A stretch of 58,330 nucleotides of DNA from Octopus bimaculoides (GCF_001194135.2 NC_068981.1:132994182-133052511), one strand, 5' to 3'; positions 11,191-24,717 are shown, counted from the stretch's first letter. Numbers and translations are program-made. Notes: generated by a model from the letters alone, not told the origin.

Positions 11191-12184
11191 CCTACACACT
11201 CTCACACACACGTATATATATATATATATATATATATATATNNNNNNNNNNNNNNNNNNNNNNNNNNNNNNNNNNNNNNNNNNNNNNNNNNNNNNNNNNN
11301 NNNNNNNNNNNNNNNNNNNNNNNNNNNNNNNNNNNNNNNNNNNNNNNNNNNNNNNNNNNNNNNNNNNNNNNNNNNNNNNNNNNNNNNNNNNNNNNNNNNN
11401 NNNNNNNNNNNNNNNNNNNNNNNNNNNNNNNNNNNNNNNNNNNNNNNNNNNNNNNNNNNNNNNNNNNNNNNNNNNNNNNNNNNNNNNNNNNNNNNNNNNN
11501 NNNNNNNNNNNNNNNNNNNNNNNNNNNNNNNNNNNNNNNNNNNNNNNNNNNNNNNNNNNNNNNNNNNNNNNNNNNNNNNNNNNNNNNNNNNNNNNNNNNN
11601 NNNNNNNNNNNNNNNNNNNNNNNNNNNNNNNNNNNNNNNNNNNNNNNNNNNNNNNNNNNNNNNNNNNNNNNNNNNNNNNNNNNNNNNNNNNNNNNNNNNN
11701 NNNNNNNNNNNNNNNNNNNNNNNNNNNNNNNNNNNNNNNNNNNNNNNNNNNNNNNNNNNNNNNNNNNNNNNNNNNNNNNNNNNNNNNNNNNNNNNNNNNN
11801 NNNNNNNNNNNNNNNNNNNNNNNNNNNNNNNNNNNNNNNNNNNNNNNNNNNNNNNNNNNNNNNNNNNNNNNNNNNNNNNNNNNNNNNNNNNNNNNNNNNN
11901 NNNNNNNNNNNNNNNNNNNNNNNNNNNNNNNNNNNNNNNNNNNNNNNNNNNNNNNNNNNNNNNNNNNNNNNNNNNNNNNNNNNNNNNNNNNNNNNNNNNN
12001 NNNNNNNNNNNNNNNNNNNNNNNNNNNNNNNNNNNNNNNNNNNNNNNNNNNNNNNNNNNNNNNNNNNNNNNNNNNNNNNNNNNNNNNNNNNNNNNNNNNN
12101 NNNNNNNNNNNNNNNNNNNNNNNNNNNNNNNNNNNNNNNNNNNNNNNNNNNNNNNNNNNNNNNNNNNNNNNNNNNACTGGAAAA

Positions 12185-12515
12185 AGCGGCGAGCTGGCAG
12201 AAACATTAGTACGCCGGGCGAAATGCTTAGCGATATTTCGTCTGCCGCTACGTTCTGAGTTCAAATTCTGCCGAAGTCGACTTTGCCTTTCATCCTTTCC
12301 GGGTCGATTAAATAAGTATCAGTTACGCACTGGGGTCGATATAATCGACTTAATCTGTTTGTCTGTCCTTGTTTGTCCCCTCTATGTGTAGCCCCTTGTG
12401 GGCAGTAAATAAATAAGAAACGTTAGCATGCCAGTTACGCACTGGGATCGATGTAATCGACTTAATCCCTTGTTTGTCCCCTCTATGTTTATCCCCTCGT
12501 GGGCAATGAAGAAAT
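12185..12515 (+). mobile_element. Young full-length SINE family A (12185-12418) followed directly by an internally deleted second copy (12419-12515)
   Basis: GCGGCGAGCTGGCAGAAACATTAG..GTTCAAATTC..CCCCTTGTGGGCAGTAAATAAATAAG, then GAAACGTTAGCATGCC joined straight to CAGTTACGCACTGGG..GTGGGCAATGAAGAAATA. Confidence 0.92.
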
Positions 12516-12647
12516 ATATGTTACTGGAATCCCTTCCTGCTTATATTTGTCTAAAAATTTTCTTTTAACGTACTTAATTGAACATTTAGCAATACACTAG
12601 TCATTGTCTCCTATTAACAACACCAAAAAGAAAAAAAAAGTCTATAT

Positions 12648-12857
12648 TTGTTTCAGACTGCGGCGATGCTGGGACGCTTGCTTGAATGATTTAGTCGAAC
12701 AAATGGATTTCAGTACTCATGTTTTTTGTTTGTTTTCTTTTTTAGTCTGGTACTAATTCTATCGGTCGCTTCTGCCGAATCGCTAAGTCACGTGAACGTA
12801 AACAAGCCAAAACCAGTTGTCAAGCGGTGTTAGTTGACAAAAAACACAAATACAAAG

Positions 12858-12890
<33 letters not shown>

Positions 12891-13050
12891 TGACGAGCTT
12901 TCATGCAGTTTCTGCCTACGACATTCAATCACAAGGCATTATTCGGCAGGAATATAGTAGAAGACACTCGACCAAGATGCTGTGCAGTGGGACCGAACTG
13001 AAAACCACGCAGTTGTAAAACGAGCTTCTTATCCACCAGCCATGCTTGCG
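12648..13050 (-). mobile_element. SINE family B (tRNA head, CORE-like block, internal dinucleotide tract, long tail), degenerate
   Basis: Colinear with 15915-16320. Confidence 0.8.
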
Positions 13051-13194
13051 GCTACTGATGCACGACGTATTAATCATAAATAAAGAAAAACAGAAGAAAA
13101 AAACGGAGCATCCCCGAACGATGTGCATGTTCAAGATTACTCATAGTACTGTTATATAATATGCATGTATAAACTGAATAAAATCTAATGTATA

Positions 13195-13258
<64 letters not shown>

Positions 13259-13712
13259 TTGCTCCTGCTGCTGCTGCTATTTTTATTGCATTCTTTGAAG
13301 TATAGTGTCGTTGGGTACAGGTTTCCAACAGACCGAGCATTGATTCACTGCGCTTACGATGGCGAGAATGACAAGGGATTGTCTGAGAAAATCGATTGAA
13401 ACAAATGCATGCATACATACACACACACATACATACATACATACATACATGCATTTGTTTTGCTTTGTTGGGAACATTAAGAGTTTTGAAAATGAATATT
13501 TTTCAGAGGCTGCTGAAGTTCAAATAATGCTATAAGTAATTGCTTATAATATCATGGGTAAAGTAAAAAAAAACAAAACAAAAACAAACAATAACCTTTT
13601 CTCAGCCATTTTTTGCCTGTGGACCTCTTTCATTCCAATTTTACTCAACTGGACATCCATAGCCATTCCACACACACACACGCACACACACACACACACA
13701 CANNNNNNNNNN

Positions 13713-13766
<54 letters not shown>

Positions 13767-15146
13767 CCTGATGTATTTTTATAATTAAATATTATTAGGA
13801 ATTCTATAAAAAAATGTATTGTAGAAGTTTAAACAATTCATTGCACATAAATTTTAACAGCAAAATCTTATATGAACCCCGAAGGACCCCATGGACTCAA
13901 GTTGTGAACCACTGCTTTAGACGAAAAAAAGTTGATAGAATCACCTACCAGACACCGGACGGCCGCGATGCCGCGATGCCACCACATCAAGGAGACGTTG
14001 ACAAAAACCAACCATCAAATTTGAGGCTTTATTTATACAAGCGTTAAAAAGAATAAATTTGATTTGTTTCGTTTGAAGTACGAAGAACTCTAAAAATAAG
14101 CCATGTTAAGAAAATAAATGCAGAGCTGTAGTAGTTAAACCTCTTTATGTTTACAGTTTATGTCATTAATTTCTACTTGGCCTTTTATCTATCTAGAGTC
14201 GATTAAAATATACTACTAATATAATACAGTAATTTCTTGTAACAGCATATTTCCCTCTTAAACAGCACTACCGCTCTGGTAATGCAAAAATCAATATATG
14301 TACAAGCTTAAGGCATGACATCTTCCCGATAAAGTGGGATTATCTGCTAATTAAAATTTTATAATAAACAGCATCAGCGGAGAACGAGATGTAACAATTT
14401 TGTAATATGCTTTTGAGCAGGTATCATGCTAGTTTTGTTTTAAGACGAGGGTGTTAGACTCCAGAGGAATCCCAGGCAAACATCTCCTCCACTATCAGGT
14501 GTAGGTCTCTGCCTGGGATAGATATTTTAATATATTTAGTTTAGCACACAGTTGTTTCAGCTGTTATTTATAGTCAACACTCAGCATTGCAACATTTAGC
14601 CAAAAGCAGTAATTTTGTTAAAGCAATCCAACCGTTCAACAATTTCTCCAGACATTGTATAATGTTTTAACAAATCAATTCATTTTTACTAGCATAAAGT
14701 CATTATTTATAGATCTATTTTTCATTCTGAAACGAAGTATTTTAGAAAGCATTTTAGCTATAATTATTATTCAATTAACTATACTTTACATAAAGCAACC
14801 AGGCGTTATTTAACTTTAAGAAGTTCCTTTGGCGCCATTACAAAATTTGACATGATTTTAAAGAATGTTCTAACTCAACAATATGTGAATAACGTAAAAG
14901 AACAAATTCAAATGTTTAAAGAGAATTTTTATAAACATCTTTTTAATTTCCTTTGCAGAGATTGGAAGCACGCATATTCAGCCTTAATAACTGAATCTAT
15001 ACTTCTGAAAAGATAGATCTTATCCTGTATTTGTTCGTTTCATTGTAGGCCAATAAAACATCGTGGATTTTGAAATGATCTACTGCTGCTGTATTTTAAG
15101 TTAAAGAAAACAAAATTGAATTATTCAATAGCACTCTCGATTGTAC

Positions 15147-15456
15147 GTGGAGGCACATGGCCTAGTGATTAGAGCAGCGGACTTGAGATCGAGGGATCGC
15201 GGGTTTGAATCTCAGACCGGGCGATGTGTGTGCTTTTGAGCGAAATACCTAAGCCCTACGCGGCTCCAGTGGAAGGTAATGGCGAACTTCTGATGACTCT
15301 TTCGCCACAACTTTCTCTCACTCTTTCCTCCTGCATCTAGCAACTCACCCGCGATGGACCGGCGTCCCGTCCAGGTGGGGAACCTATACGCCAATGAAAC
15401 CCGGAAACCGGCCCTTATGAGCCAGGCATGGCTCGAGAAGGAACAAATAACAACAA
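15147..15456 (+). mobile_element. SINE family D (tRNA head with a V-domain-like tail ending in (CAA)n)
   Basis: TGGCCTAGTGATTAG A-box, GGGTTTGAATC B-box, and GCGATGGACCGGCGTCCCGTCCAGG at 15351-15375, which resembles the V-SINE domain (recalled, unverified). Homologous to 43085-43391. Confidence 0.88.
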
Positions 15457-15914
15457 ATGTTGATTCTACAGTGGGACAGAGTTTGTAATAATCATTTGGG
15501 TTGTCTATATTTAAGTTCTCCTGGATCGCCTGACGATAGGTTGGCCACATATGGTACCAAACTATCATTCTTTGGGTCATTTGGTCTCTGTTAAAGTTTT
15601 CATTTTAATGCTGTGTATCTAGGGTATGTAATCTTTGTGGAGGCTGTCTATGTTCTAGCAAGACTTACGGGTTATGTTTAACTTACAAACGAAATCTTGT
15701 AAACTTTAAAGTGTTTTTTGCAGTATAAGTACTCGTCTGAGGTACTTCTTTACAACCAGAGAAATCGAACTGCGAGTAGCTAAATTTGTTTAAGTATATA
15801 CTCGGCATTCATAAGTGTATGCAATCCGATTCATTTCCTGATCAGCTTAAACGCTTGTAGATTAATGAATGTACAAAAATATGGACAAAGAGAGAATTCT
15901 TTTACATGAAGTTA

Positions 15915-16320
15915 TCTCTTTTACTCTTTTACTTGTTTCAGTCTTTTGACTGTGGCCATGCTGCAGCACCGCCTTTAGTAGAGCAAATCGACCCCAGGAC
16001 TTATTCTTTGGAAGCCTAGTACTTATTCTATCGGTCTCTTTTGCCGAACCTCTAAGTTACGGGGACATAAACACACCAGTATCGGTTGTCAAGCGATGTT
16101 GGGGGGACAAACACAGACATACAAACACATACACACATACATATATATATACATATATACGACAGGCTTCTTTCAGTTTCCGTCTACCAAATCCACTCAC
16201 AAGGCTTTGGTCGGCCCGAGGCTATAGTAGAAGACACTTGCCCAAGATGCCACGCAGTGGGACTGAACCCGGAACTATGTGGTTGGTAAGCAAGCTACTT
16301 ACCACACAGCCACTCTTACG
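15915..16320 (-). mobile_element. Young full-length SINE family B (probably the octopus CORE-type OR SINE)
   Basis: Reverse complement: GAGTGGCTGTGTGGTAAG A-box, GGGTTCAGTCCC B-box, TCTTGGGCAAGTG CORE-like block, (TA/CA) tract, tail ending GAAACAAGTAAAAGAGTAAAAGAG. Confidence 0.92.
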
Positions 16321-16849
16321 AAAATGTTTAGCCTTTAAGCAGTGATGTTAGGCACCAAAGATATGGCAGAAGGAAATCAGTTGAAGCATGAAATTAACAT
16401 AAACGGAGGTAGTACGCGGTTCGTAAGCTTTCGCGTCAGACAAATTGTTACTAATTCTAAAGCATTCGTCAAAAGGGTCTATATGAACTTTGCACATTCC
16501 ACTTATTCGATACTCTTCAGCTAAGCTGTCTCTGTTGACAGCCACCTCCTATAGTTTTTCAGTGATCATCAGGAAAGTTTCCGCCAAGCCATGAATACCA
16601 GAGACTCCTATATCACACATCAGTAGTCTTTAGTTTTTGAAAATTTTGGCAAGAGTAATATAGCCATTGTTAATATCATCAAAGACATCAACGATATTTA
16701 CTAGACAGCCTGTTAGTCATGTTACTTGAGTATGACGTCTCCGATCTCCTATATTTAAGATCAGAATTTCCCTATCTAATTGTTTCAGTTTGTACTGACG
16801 TGGTTGACTTCGACCCATACCACATCAACTCTAGCACTTTCCAAAATAG

Positions 16850-18480
16850 TTATATCTCCCAGAATATTCCTTTTACAAATTTATGAGCTTCTTACGGTTA
16901 CTTCGAACAACAAACATTAGTACTCATAGAATACGATCTCATCCTTCAGTTTTCCATTTCTAACCACAAGCATGTGTCATCCACACTAAAATTAGTCATG
17001 CCAGGATTGCTCTATCGTATGAACACACATAGAAACTATCTTTCACTCGTGACGTGACAACCTAAACTTCTTCAAAGGCATAGAAGAACAATTACAATTC
17101 ATTATCAAAGAAACAATCTTGCACTATGCCCTTCTTGAACACTGACGAACGGTTTAGAGCTAGGAAATATTTTACCCATGACAAGTTGTTAGAAAACAGT
17201 TACAAAAGTGAAGTAAGTCTTAAACTGGTAGGTTAAGCCCCACGTTTAAGAATGGGGTACTGCAAGTACACAAAAATCCATTCTAGGGCGCATCCAAAAG
17301 AAAGCCATTCGCCTGACTGGCAGTCATTCAGTTTCCGACAAGCTTTAATTAATAATTCACAATCACCCTGTTTCTTCTTCCTATATTTTCTGTAAGTACT
17401 ACAATGGCTTCTGCTCCTCTGAACTTTCCATCTAAGTACCATCCCCTACACACGATTACACAGCACACGTGGATTTCACGTAATTCTCATCTTCTTATAA
17501 CTTGTACTAAACAATTATCAATCGTCCGTTCCAGGACTGTTGTGATTCTAAACAATCCCATTAATTGATCATGGGGTTGAGGGTTGTGGTGATGGGGGTA
17601 ATGTAGAGATGGAAGGAACACAGACTGTCACCTTCGATATCCGTCCCCATCCGTTCCCATCCGTCCCCACCCGTTCCATTTTCCACTAATTTCTAGTATT
17701 CCTCTTCTCACCCAGAAACTTCAAATCCGCAATGCCATTTTCTCAATTTCCTCGACTTGGTTCGTAATGCAGCAATGATTCAGATATTTTTCAATCAGAG
17801 GAAGCTTCAAGCGGTTATGGATACAGCACTGCTACGAGTTCAGTCCATCACCATGACCACTCCTTACATCCACACCTTCTCTTATACCCCCACACCCTCA
17901 TTATGCTCACATCCTGTAGACATAGACCGATATCATTTTATTATTTTACTTGTTTCAATCATTAGACTGCGGCCATGCTTGGGCACTGCTGGATTCAATT
18001 TCTCTTCAACCTTCCAAACAGCTATCTTCCTATTGACACACATATTTCAGCACAACTTCCAGTTTCTACTTTCTAACCTCATAACTATTCCGATCTTTCA
18101 TGCATCACCTCTATTTCCCTTTAAAAGCGGGCTAACAATCTCTACAACCCTTTTAGTTAGATATTATCTGACTCCAGTCATACCCAACAAAATACTTTCA
18201 AGTGAGCTCACCATATATACAATACTTGTTCCAATATCAGCAACACCATAACAAACCTCGACAGCAAATTCCAGTAGCAAACCACCCAAACCTTTAGCTG
18301 TAAGACCTCTCCACGTCATATATTGCATCACACACAAACTCTGCGTAGAGATACTTTTTTTTACGTCGGATTGCTCTCCCTACACCTTTGTACCGTTCAC
18401 AAGGTCAACTCGTTCCTCTACAATTTCAGCATACCTAGCGATGACATTAACTGCCTCTCTATGTCCGGTATTTAAGCATC
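16850..18480 (-). mobile_element. Possible very old RTE-type LINE fossil: endonuclease-like piece ~18000-18480 and RT C-terminal-like piece ~16850-17130
   Basis: Minus-strand fragments NV..RYAEIVE..RVDL and LCVMQ..TWRG resemble the APE N-terminus; RVKDSFY..AIL and LMWYG resemble RTE C-terminal motifs. The order fits one element, but the sequence is heavily decayed. Confidence 0.4.
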
Positions 18481-20482
18481 GCACCCTACCACAGAGCATT
18501 TTACTTATGTTTAATTGAACATTTCCTCTGCTTTTCTGAATCCCGCTCCATCATAGCGGTGTCACTCTATTTGCATCACGTAGAATGTTTCTATAAAAAT
18601 GATTTTACTCTTAGCTTCAATTATAATTCACTCACTGAAAATTATATTTTATCTTACTTTTAATATCTCTATTTCTTTCACGCGTATATATGAACGAACA
18701 TATGTGAATATATGTGTGAGTTTGAACATGTGTGTGAGTGTGTGTGTGCGTGGGTGTGTGGGTGTGTTTACTCGTAGCTGTGCATACATTTTCATGCAAG
18801 CTCGTACAGGTGACTACATTGCATGCGTACGGATGTCATTTGTATATGAATTTATTGATTATCACGGAACTATGCACTCTTGTTGGTTTGTTTGTTTGGT
18901 TGTTTAAGTGCATGCGTGCTCTCACGCGCGTGCAAGTGAAAACATATGAGCTGTCAGTGTATATGTGAAACTCTACGCATATGAATGTGTGGGTATTTCT
19001 ACTCTATGTGTGTGTATGTGTATGTGTGTATGTGAGTGTGAGTTTGTGTGTGAGACAGTATGTGTGTGTGAGACAGTATGTGTGTGTGAGACAGTATGTG
19101 TGTGTGTTATCAGCCTGATAATGACTTTTTATGCATTTGTGTCTATAGACGTATATGAATGAAGCTCGTGGCAAGGTTCTTGTTGTAGTCGCTAAAGCTA
19201 ACAAAACAAAACAGAAAATTCCACCTTCCAGGCCTAAAACTAATATTCTTCGTCTTACATCCACATTCAATCCCATCCTCTCCTAAATTCTTTCCTCCCT
19301 CCCCTCTCCTACAACTTTCCTCACTCCGACTTTTTCTCTCCAATGCATGTACAACAACTCATTCTCTTTTATTTTCTGTCATTTTCCTCTTTGCTCACGT
19401 TCTCGTAGACTAAGTTCGAAAAAAAAAAAAAAAATTCTCGCTTCCTTCTTCGGAATTTGTCCGAAACATCGGTATCTCTTCGTACACTGGTATATGAACT
19501 TAAGCGCACAGACTTGATCATACGACCTTTACACTCCATTAATAAATACAATTTTTCACAACTCAAACCAACACCAGTCTGGCAATGTGTTTTTAAGTGT
19601 ATGGATTTTGACGAAGTTTTTCCATGTCTTCATAACAAAATTTACTGATTTTTCTTTTACATAAAAAACTACCTGTAAAAAAAAAAATCATCAATAGACT
19701 TCCCCTGTAAGAATCATATAAATAAATTATATTTTCAATAGATTTATTTTGGCTTTGATTCCAAACCTCAGTCAATATGATATTGATCTGATACATAGGT
19801 GTCTAAGCGGAATCAGTGTGCATTACAGAATAACCAACTTCTAGAGATAAAAAAAAACTGATAAGTTACATTTATTTCCCTGCCGGTTTTTATATCTGCA
19901 ATATAATCTAGTTACCCTTTAGATATTTTCCTGCCTTGTCTCACCAACCAATTTTTGGCAATCTAAACACACTAACAACCCTTACACGCGCGTATTCTTC
20001 GAAATTATATTGTTGAGTAAGCTACATCAATCGCTCTTTCCACGGTCGATGTTCATACCTGTCAATACTTGGAACTCACTATGCAGGGTTTGAATTTTAA
20101 TAATTGTGTTATTTTCTTCTTAGAGTAAAGGATTATAAAGGAGCAGCAATAGTCCAAATGGGATCAAATACGAGTGGAGGCTGGTGACACTCGGGTTTCT
20201 AAGATGGAATTTTCTCAACATCAAGAGTACAATGACCTAGGGTCTCATTTGTTCATAAGTAATCATGGGTTTTTGTACCTGGGCAAGGTTCTAATGATGG
20301 AAAACTTTGTCGTTCCCATGCATGCAATCTTTTCTGTCCCTGCATCAATCATATCCAGCTGAGAGCAATGCTTTTACCGCTTGGCATCAGTGTCATAGCA
20401 AGTATTGCCGGCAGAACGCAAAGTGCGAGAACAGAATTAGCAAGGCACCTCAACCGACGTTCTCTGACTGTTTCGCAAATTT

Positions 20483-21065
20483 AAGGCGGCGAATCGGCAG
20501 AGTCGTTAGAACATCGGATAGAATACTTCGCGGTATTTGTTCGGATTCTCTGCGCTCTGAGATCAAATGTTGTCGAAGTCAAGGTTTACCTTTCATCAAT
20601 TCGGGGGAGGGGGGTCTATAAAAAACTGTCTCGATTATAGCCGATTTCAGGTAAATCGGTTCAAAGTGCCAAGAATCGCATTTGCTAAATCGATTAGTGT
20701 TTCGATTAAAATATTAGAATACATACGAACAAACGAAGAAGCTTGTACGTGATCGCTCGACCTGCTAGAAACAGCAACCAAACCTCACACGAATCGCACA
20801 CTATCGTCTTGATTAATGTAATCCTAAATACACTCATTGCAAAAATAAAAAAAAGATTGTTCGTTGAATCGTTAGGAGATCGGGAAAACGCCTTGCGCTA
20901 TTTATCCCAGGTCTCTTTACAAGCTGAGTGCGTATCTAACTGAAGTGGACTTTGCCTTTCATTTCCCTGGGTCGATACAGTTAAATAGTGGTGAAGTATT
21001 GGGGTCGATGTAATCAACTAACACATGCCTCTCAAAACTTTTGTTGCGCTTAAGCCTAAATTAGA
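20483..21065 (+). mobile_element. Two old SINE family A copies (~20483-20615 and ~20875-21065)
   Basis: GGCGGCGAATCGGCAGAGTCGTTAG head; GACTTTGCCTTTCATTTCCCTGGGTCGATA and GGGGTCGATGTAATCAACT body. Confidence 0.7.
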
Positions 21066-21143
21066 GAACATGATAGGCATGTTAGATTTAAGATGACTTG
21101 GAGTTATCCTACAACAACAACTATTTACTAGACACACCATTCT

Positions 21144-21302
21144 TATTTCTTTATTGCCCACAAGGAGCTAAACATAGAGGGGACAAACAAGGACAGACAA
21201 AGGGATTAAGTCGATTACATCGACCCCAGTGCGTAACTGGTACTTAATTTATCGACCCCGAAAGGATGAAAGGCAAAGTCGACCTCGGCGGAATTTGAAA
21301 AG
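21144..21302 (-). mobile_element. Young 5'-truncated SINE family A with an intact target-site duplication
   Basis: ACACCATTCT at 21134-21143 and again at 21303-21312; body about 96% identical to 25898-26070 (5 mismatches counted over ~143 nt). Confidence 0.95.
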
Positions 21303-21588
21303 ACACCATTCTGTAATGTGTTTGCTTCGATTGTGTCTATTTCTTAAATAACGCCGAGAATATACAGACACTAAATAAACATCGTAGTTAAATCTGTACG
21401 AGCCAACGAGAGCGCTTATACATGATTAATCGATTTGTTAAAATAGTAGCTAAACGTTTCTCAAATTACACTCTGCCGACTTCAAAAGGATAATCGCGTA
21501 CTGGATGCACAATGCTTGGAAGGAAAACAGGATAGCCTTGATTGAAACATTTTTAATGGTAGAGATGAGTTAGAGCTAAACACGAACG

Positions 21589-21672
21589 ACTACGACGACA
21601 ACTGCTACCACAACAACTACGACGACAACTGCTACCACAACAACTACGACGACAACTGCTACCACAACAACT
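21589..21672. repeat. 27-bp minisatellite, about 3 copies
   Basis: Unit ACTACGACGACAACTGCTACCACAACA repeated exactly. Confidence 0.95.
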
Positions 21673-21974
21673 AAATCTACTCAGATCGGATATCATTAAG
21701 CCAACATAGCTTTTAGATAAAATAGATGACAGTAGAGACGCCGTATGTTCCTAGATACCAATATTTCAATTTTACTTAATATATAAAAATCTGAAAAATT
21801 TCTGTTATATTTAGCAGCCATAAATAGAGAGACAGTGACAAAGAATTTTGCTTTTGTATTTTAATACTGCGTTCACACATTAGCAACACTTTCTCACTTT
21901 CGTTTTGTCTTGATTGTTATTATTTAGGTGCCCAGGCGGCTAATTGGTTGAACTGTAAACGTATAGAATACATG

Positions 21975-22272
21975 GCTTAGCAGTATTGCTTCTGGCTCTT
22001 GACATTCTGAGTTCAAGTCGACTTTGCCTTTCATCCTTTCGGGGTCGATAAAATAAAGTATCCATCAAGTACTGGGGTAGATAAAATCGACTAATATGTT
22101 CTCATCAAATTTCAAGCCTTATACTCATAAGAGAAAGAATTATTTGGGTACTTGAGGCGGTAAGCTGGCAGAATTGTTAGCTCTTTACGTTCTGAGTTCA
22201 AACCCCACCGAGGTTTGATAGTGTCGACAACACCCTCCCAAACACTGTTGGTCTTGTACCAAAATTTGAAAC
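21975..22272 (+). mobile_element. Two adjacent internally deleted SINE family A copies (~21975-22140, ~22154-22272)
   Basis: TTCTGAGTTCAA, GTCGACTTTGCCTTTCATCCTTTCGGGGTCGATAAA and GGCGGTAAGCTGGCAGAATTGTTAG blocks. Confidence 0.8.
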
Positions 22273-24133
22273 CTTTATTTCGGTACTCGCGAATAATTAT
22301 ATTTGCTTTCATTGTATGCTGTACAAGGGATTATAAAGTGTCGCCTACCACCTGCAAATATTGTCTAAGTAAATTATTCGTTCTTGAAATGTCGAGTAAA
22401 TATGACGCATATCTCAGTCTCATGCTACATTAACATACGAGATTACCCCGCCCCCCACCTCACCCTGATTGCGTTGATTGACTAATGGACTGTACAACGA
22501 TCAGTTCTGAATTCTCTTTCCCGGCACAAGCATTAACGGACGTGTGTTTGTGTGATTCCGTGCTCTAGACATGCTCAAGCTGTCAGGTTGTCTCAAAATT
22601 TAAGCCATAAGACTAAACTAAAAATAAAAAAAGATAATTTTTTTAACAAACTTATAGAAAGAAGGTTAATCCGAAAACAAGCGATTGTTTTAATATAAAG
22701 CTAGCTTCCATTATTGAGAAGTGAATATAACAAAGTATTGCTGCTGTATGATGCTGTATGATGTAGAGTTTGGTCTTTTGATGGAAAATCAATGGAAGAA
22801 AAAAACATCAAAACAAAACACTGAATAAAATAAGAAAAGAATCAAATAAAAATAACACTATTAAAAAAAAAATGATGTATTATTTGGAAGTACAACAGAC
22901 ACATCCGAAGAATTGTTCTTTGCCAAAGAAAGACAAAATAATTAAAAAAATATTTATATTTGTATGAAAGAACATGTGAAGCAACGAAAAGGCAAGACAA
23001 AGAATACATCATTAATGAAATCGATGCCAAAAGAAAGAAAGAAATAGACAGAAACGAATTTAATTCTTTGATTGAGGTTTCTTCAATCTAAGCTGAAATC
23101 GGTTTTTTTTTATTGAGATATAAAAAAATAATATGAGTTGCAGCAGTAGCAGCAGCAGAAGCAGCAGAAACCGCAGAAGTAAGAGAAGACAATAACAACG
23201 ACAAAAACAACTAGGACCACTACAACTTCAAGATCAGCATGAAAGAAAATAAATCTGACTGGAAAACTCTTGGAATGAACCAAGATGACGAAGAAATTAT
23301 CAGTGAGCAGAAAACTGGTACAATTCAAAATTTTCAGAACTCAGTCTTGTATTTTATTATTCGATTTTTTTTTTAAATCGTGAAAGAAATTCTGAAGAAT
23401 AAATTTAATGTCTCAGCAGAGATGCCTGATTGCAGTGCTAACGCCGAGAAAAAAGCGTTTATCCGATAAAGCGTAAAAGAAGTATATCCAGTCAAAATTT
23501 ATTTAGATATTCAAATATTTGCACTCTATACTTTGAAACATTTGTTTTATTCTCCATTCCTTATTATATCATATAAAGTTCGGCAAGTAGAAGCTCAGGA
23601 CAACGATTTGTAAAATTTCTGCTTCCAATAAGATATAACACCCTAGTTTCAGTATTGAGTACTTCTTTTCTCCTTCTTCACACGTGTGAGTTTACTCACA
23701 CAAATACACGTGCGTGCCTACCCCATACATACACATATATGTATGTACGTATGTATTATGTATGTATATGTGTGTATGTGTGTGCGTGCGTGCGTGCGTG
23801 TGTATGCGCGCGTGTGTGTGTGTGTGTACGTATGTATGCGTGTGTGTATGTATGTATGTATGTATGTATGCATGTCTATAGGCATGTCTATAGGCATGTC
23901 TATAGGCATGTCTTTATAAATATATGTTTAGTATTAATTTGTTAATTTATCGAAAACATTTGATCAGTATATATATAATTGAACGAAAAACAATAAATCT
24001 AAGTATCTGTTTCTCAAATCATCTATTAATGGAAATCTAGCAAATATTCGTAATACTGAAAATAGGCTAAAGGAAAGAAGTTACTTTGTCAAGTTTTATT
24101 AAAATAATGACTTTTTTAATAGCGGAATGTCAC

Positions 24134-24227
<94 letters not shown>

Positions 24228-24717
24228 CGTATGTGTAATGTTAAAACCAGCGTAGTTTATGCTAATGTACTTTTACGACCTTTATCAAAGTTGTTTCAAA
24301 ACCTGTGCTGACTGAATTATATTTGAAAATGAAGCTAATGTTTTTGCTGTGCGAAGAAATTAGCAACTCAACAGAATTATAAAAACGCCGAAGATCTCAT
24401 GTTACGAGTAACTGCATATGAATACTCCACTATACTAATTTATCCTACTTTACAAGACAGTAATAACAAACAGATACATTAATGCGTTATCGGTAACATC
24501 ATTAATAGGAGGAATTTTCCTCGACCTCAGTCAATTAGATTTCAAAGTAATTTTAACACTCTAAGGCAAGAACACTACTTTTGATGGTGTCAAACAGTCT
24601 CAAGGAAGATAGCCTAATGCTGTTTGGGAATATACAAAAAGTTTTTGTATTCGGACTTTAGATCACTAAAGTATATATCTTAAACACAATATATAAAATG
24701 AAACATTAATTTTACAT

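Noticed and set aside
7309-12264. ORFs of 270-365 aa (also 48684-49752, 50481-50977 and others)
   Set aside because: They are made of N-gap X residues plus flanking microsatellite.
13880-13916. GTTGTGAACCACTG (also ~28751-28762) resembling a hAT MITE terminus
   Set aside because: No matching opposite TIR or 8-bp TSD found nearby.
15147-15225. tRNA-like segments with A and B boxes (all SINE heads)
   Set aside because: No complete cloverleaf or acceptor stem, and each continues into a SINE body, so none is a tRNA gene.
20100-20470. ORFs 20174-20362 and 20307-20621 with FLYLGKV and ENRISKA, reminiscent of RTE RT motifs
   Set aside because: Spacing and frames do not give a convincing alignment by eye. 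It may be an old LINE scrap but I cannot support it without tBLASTn.
21589-21672. Regular direct repeats as a possible CRISPR array
   Set aside because: Head-to-tail minisatellite without spacers in eukaryotic DNA; there are no CRISPR arrays or cas genes in the window.
23238-23376. Short frame MKENKSDWKTLGMNQDDEEIISEQKTGT..
   Set aside because: Only ~45 codons, follows a decayed CAG/CAA repeat, no recognisable homology or convincing splice pair.
23869-23912. 12-bp tandem repeat (GCATGTCTATAG)x3 and 18-bp repeat at ~19065-19120
   Set aside because: Ordinary slippage derivatives of adjacent TATG/TG microsatellites.
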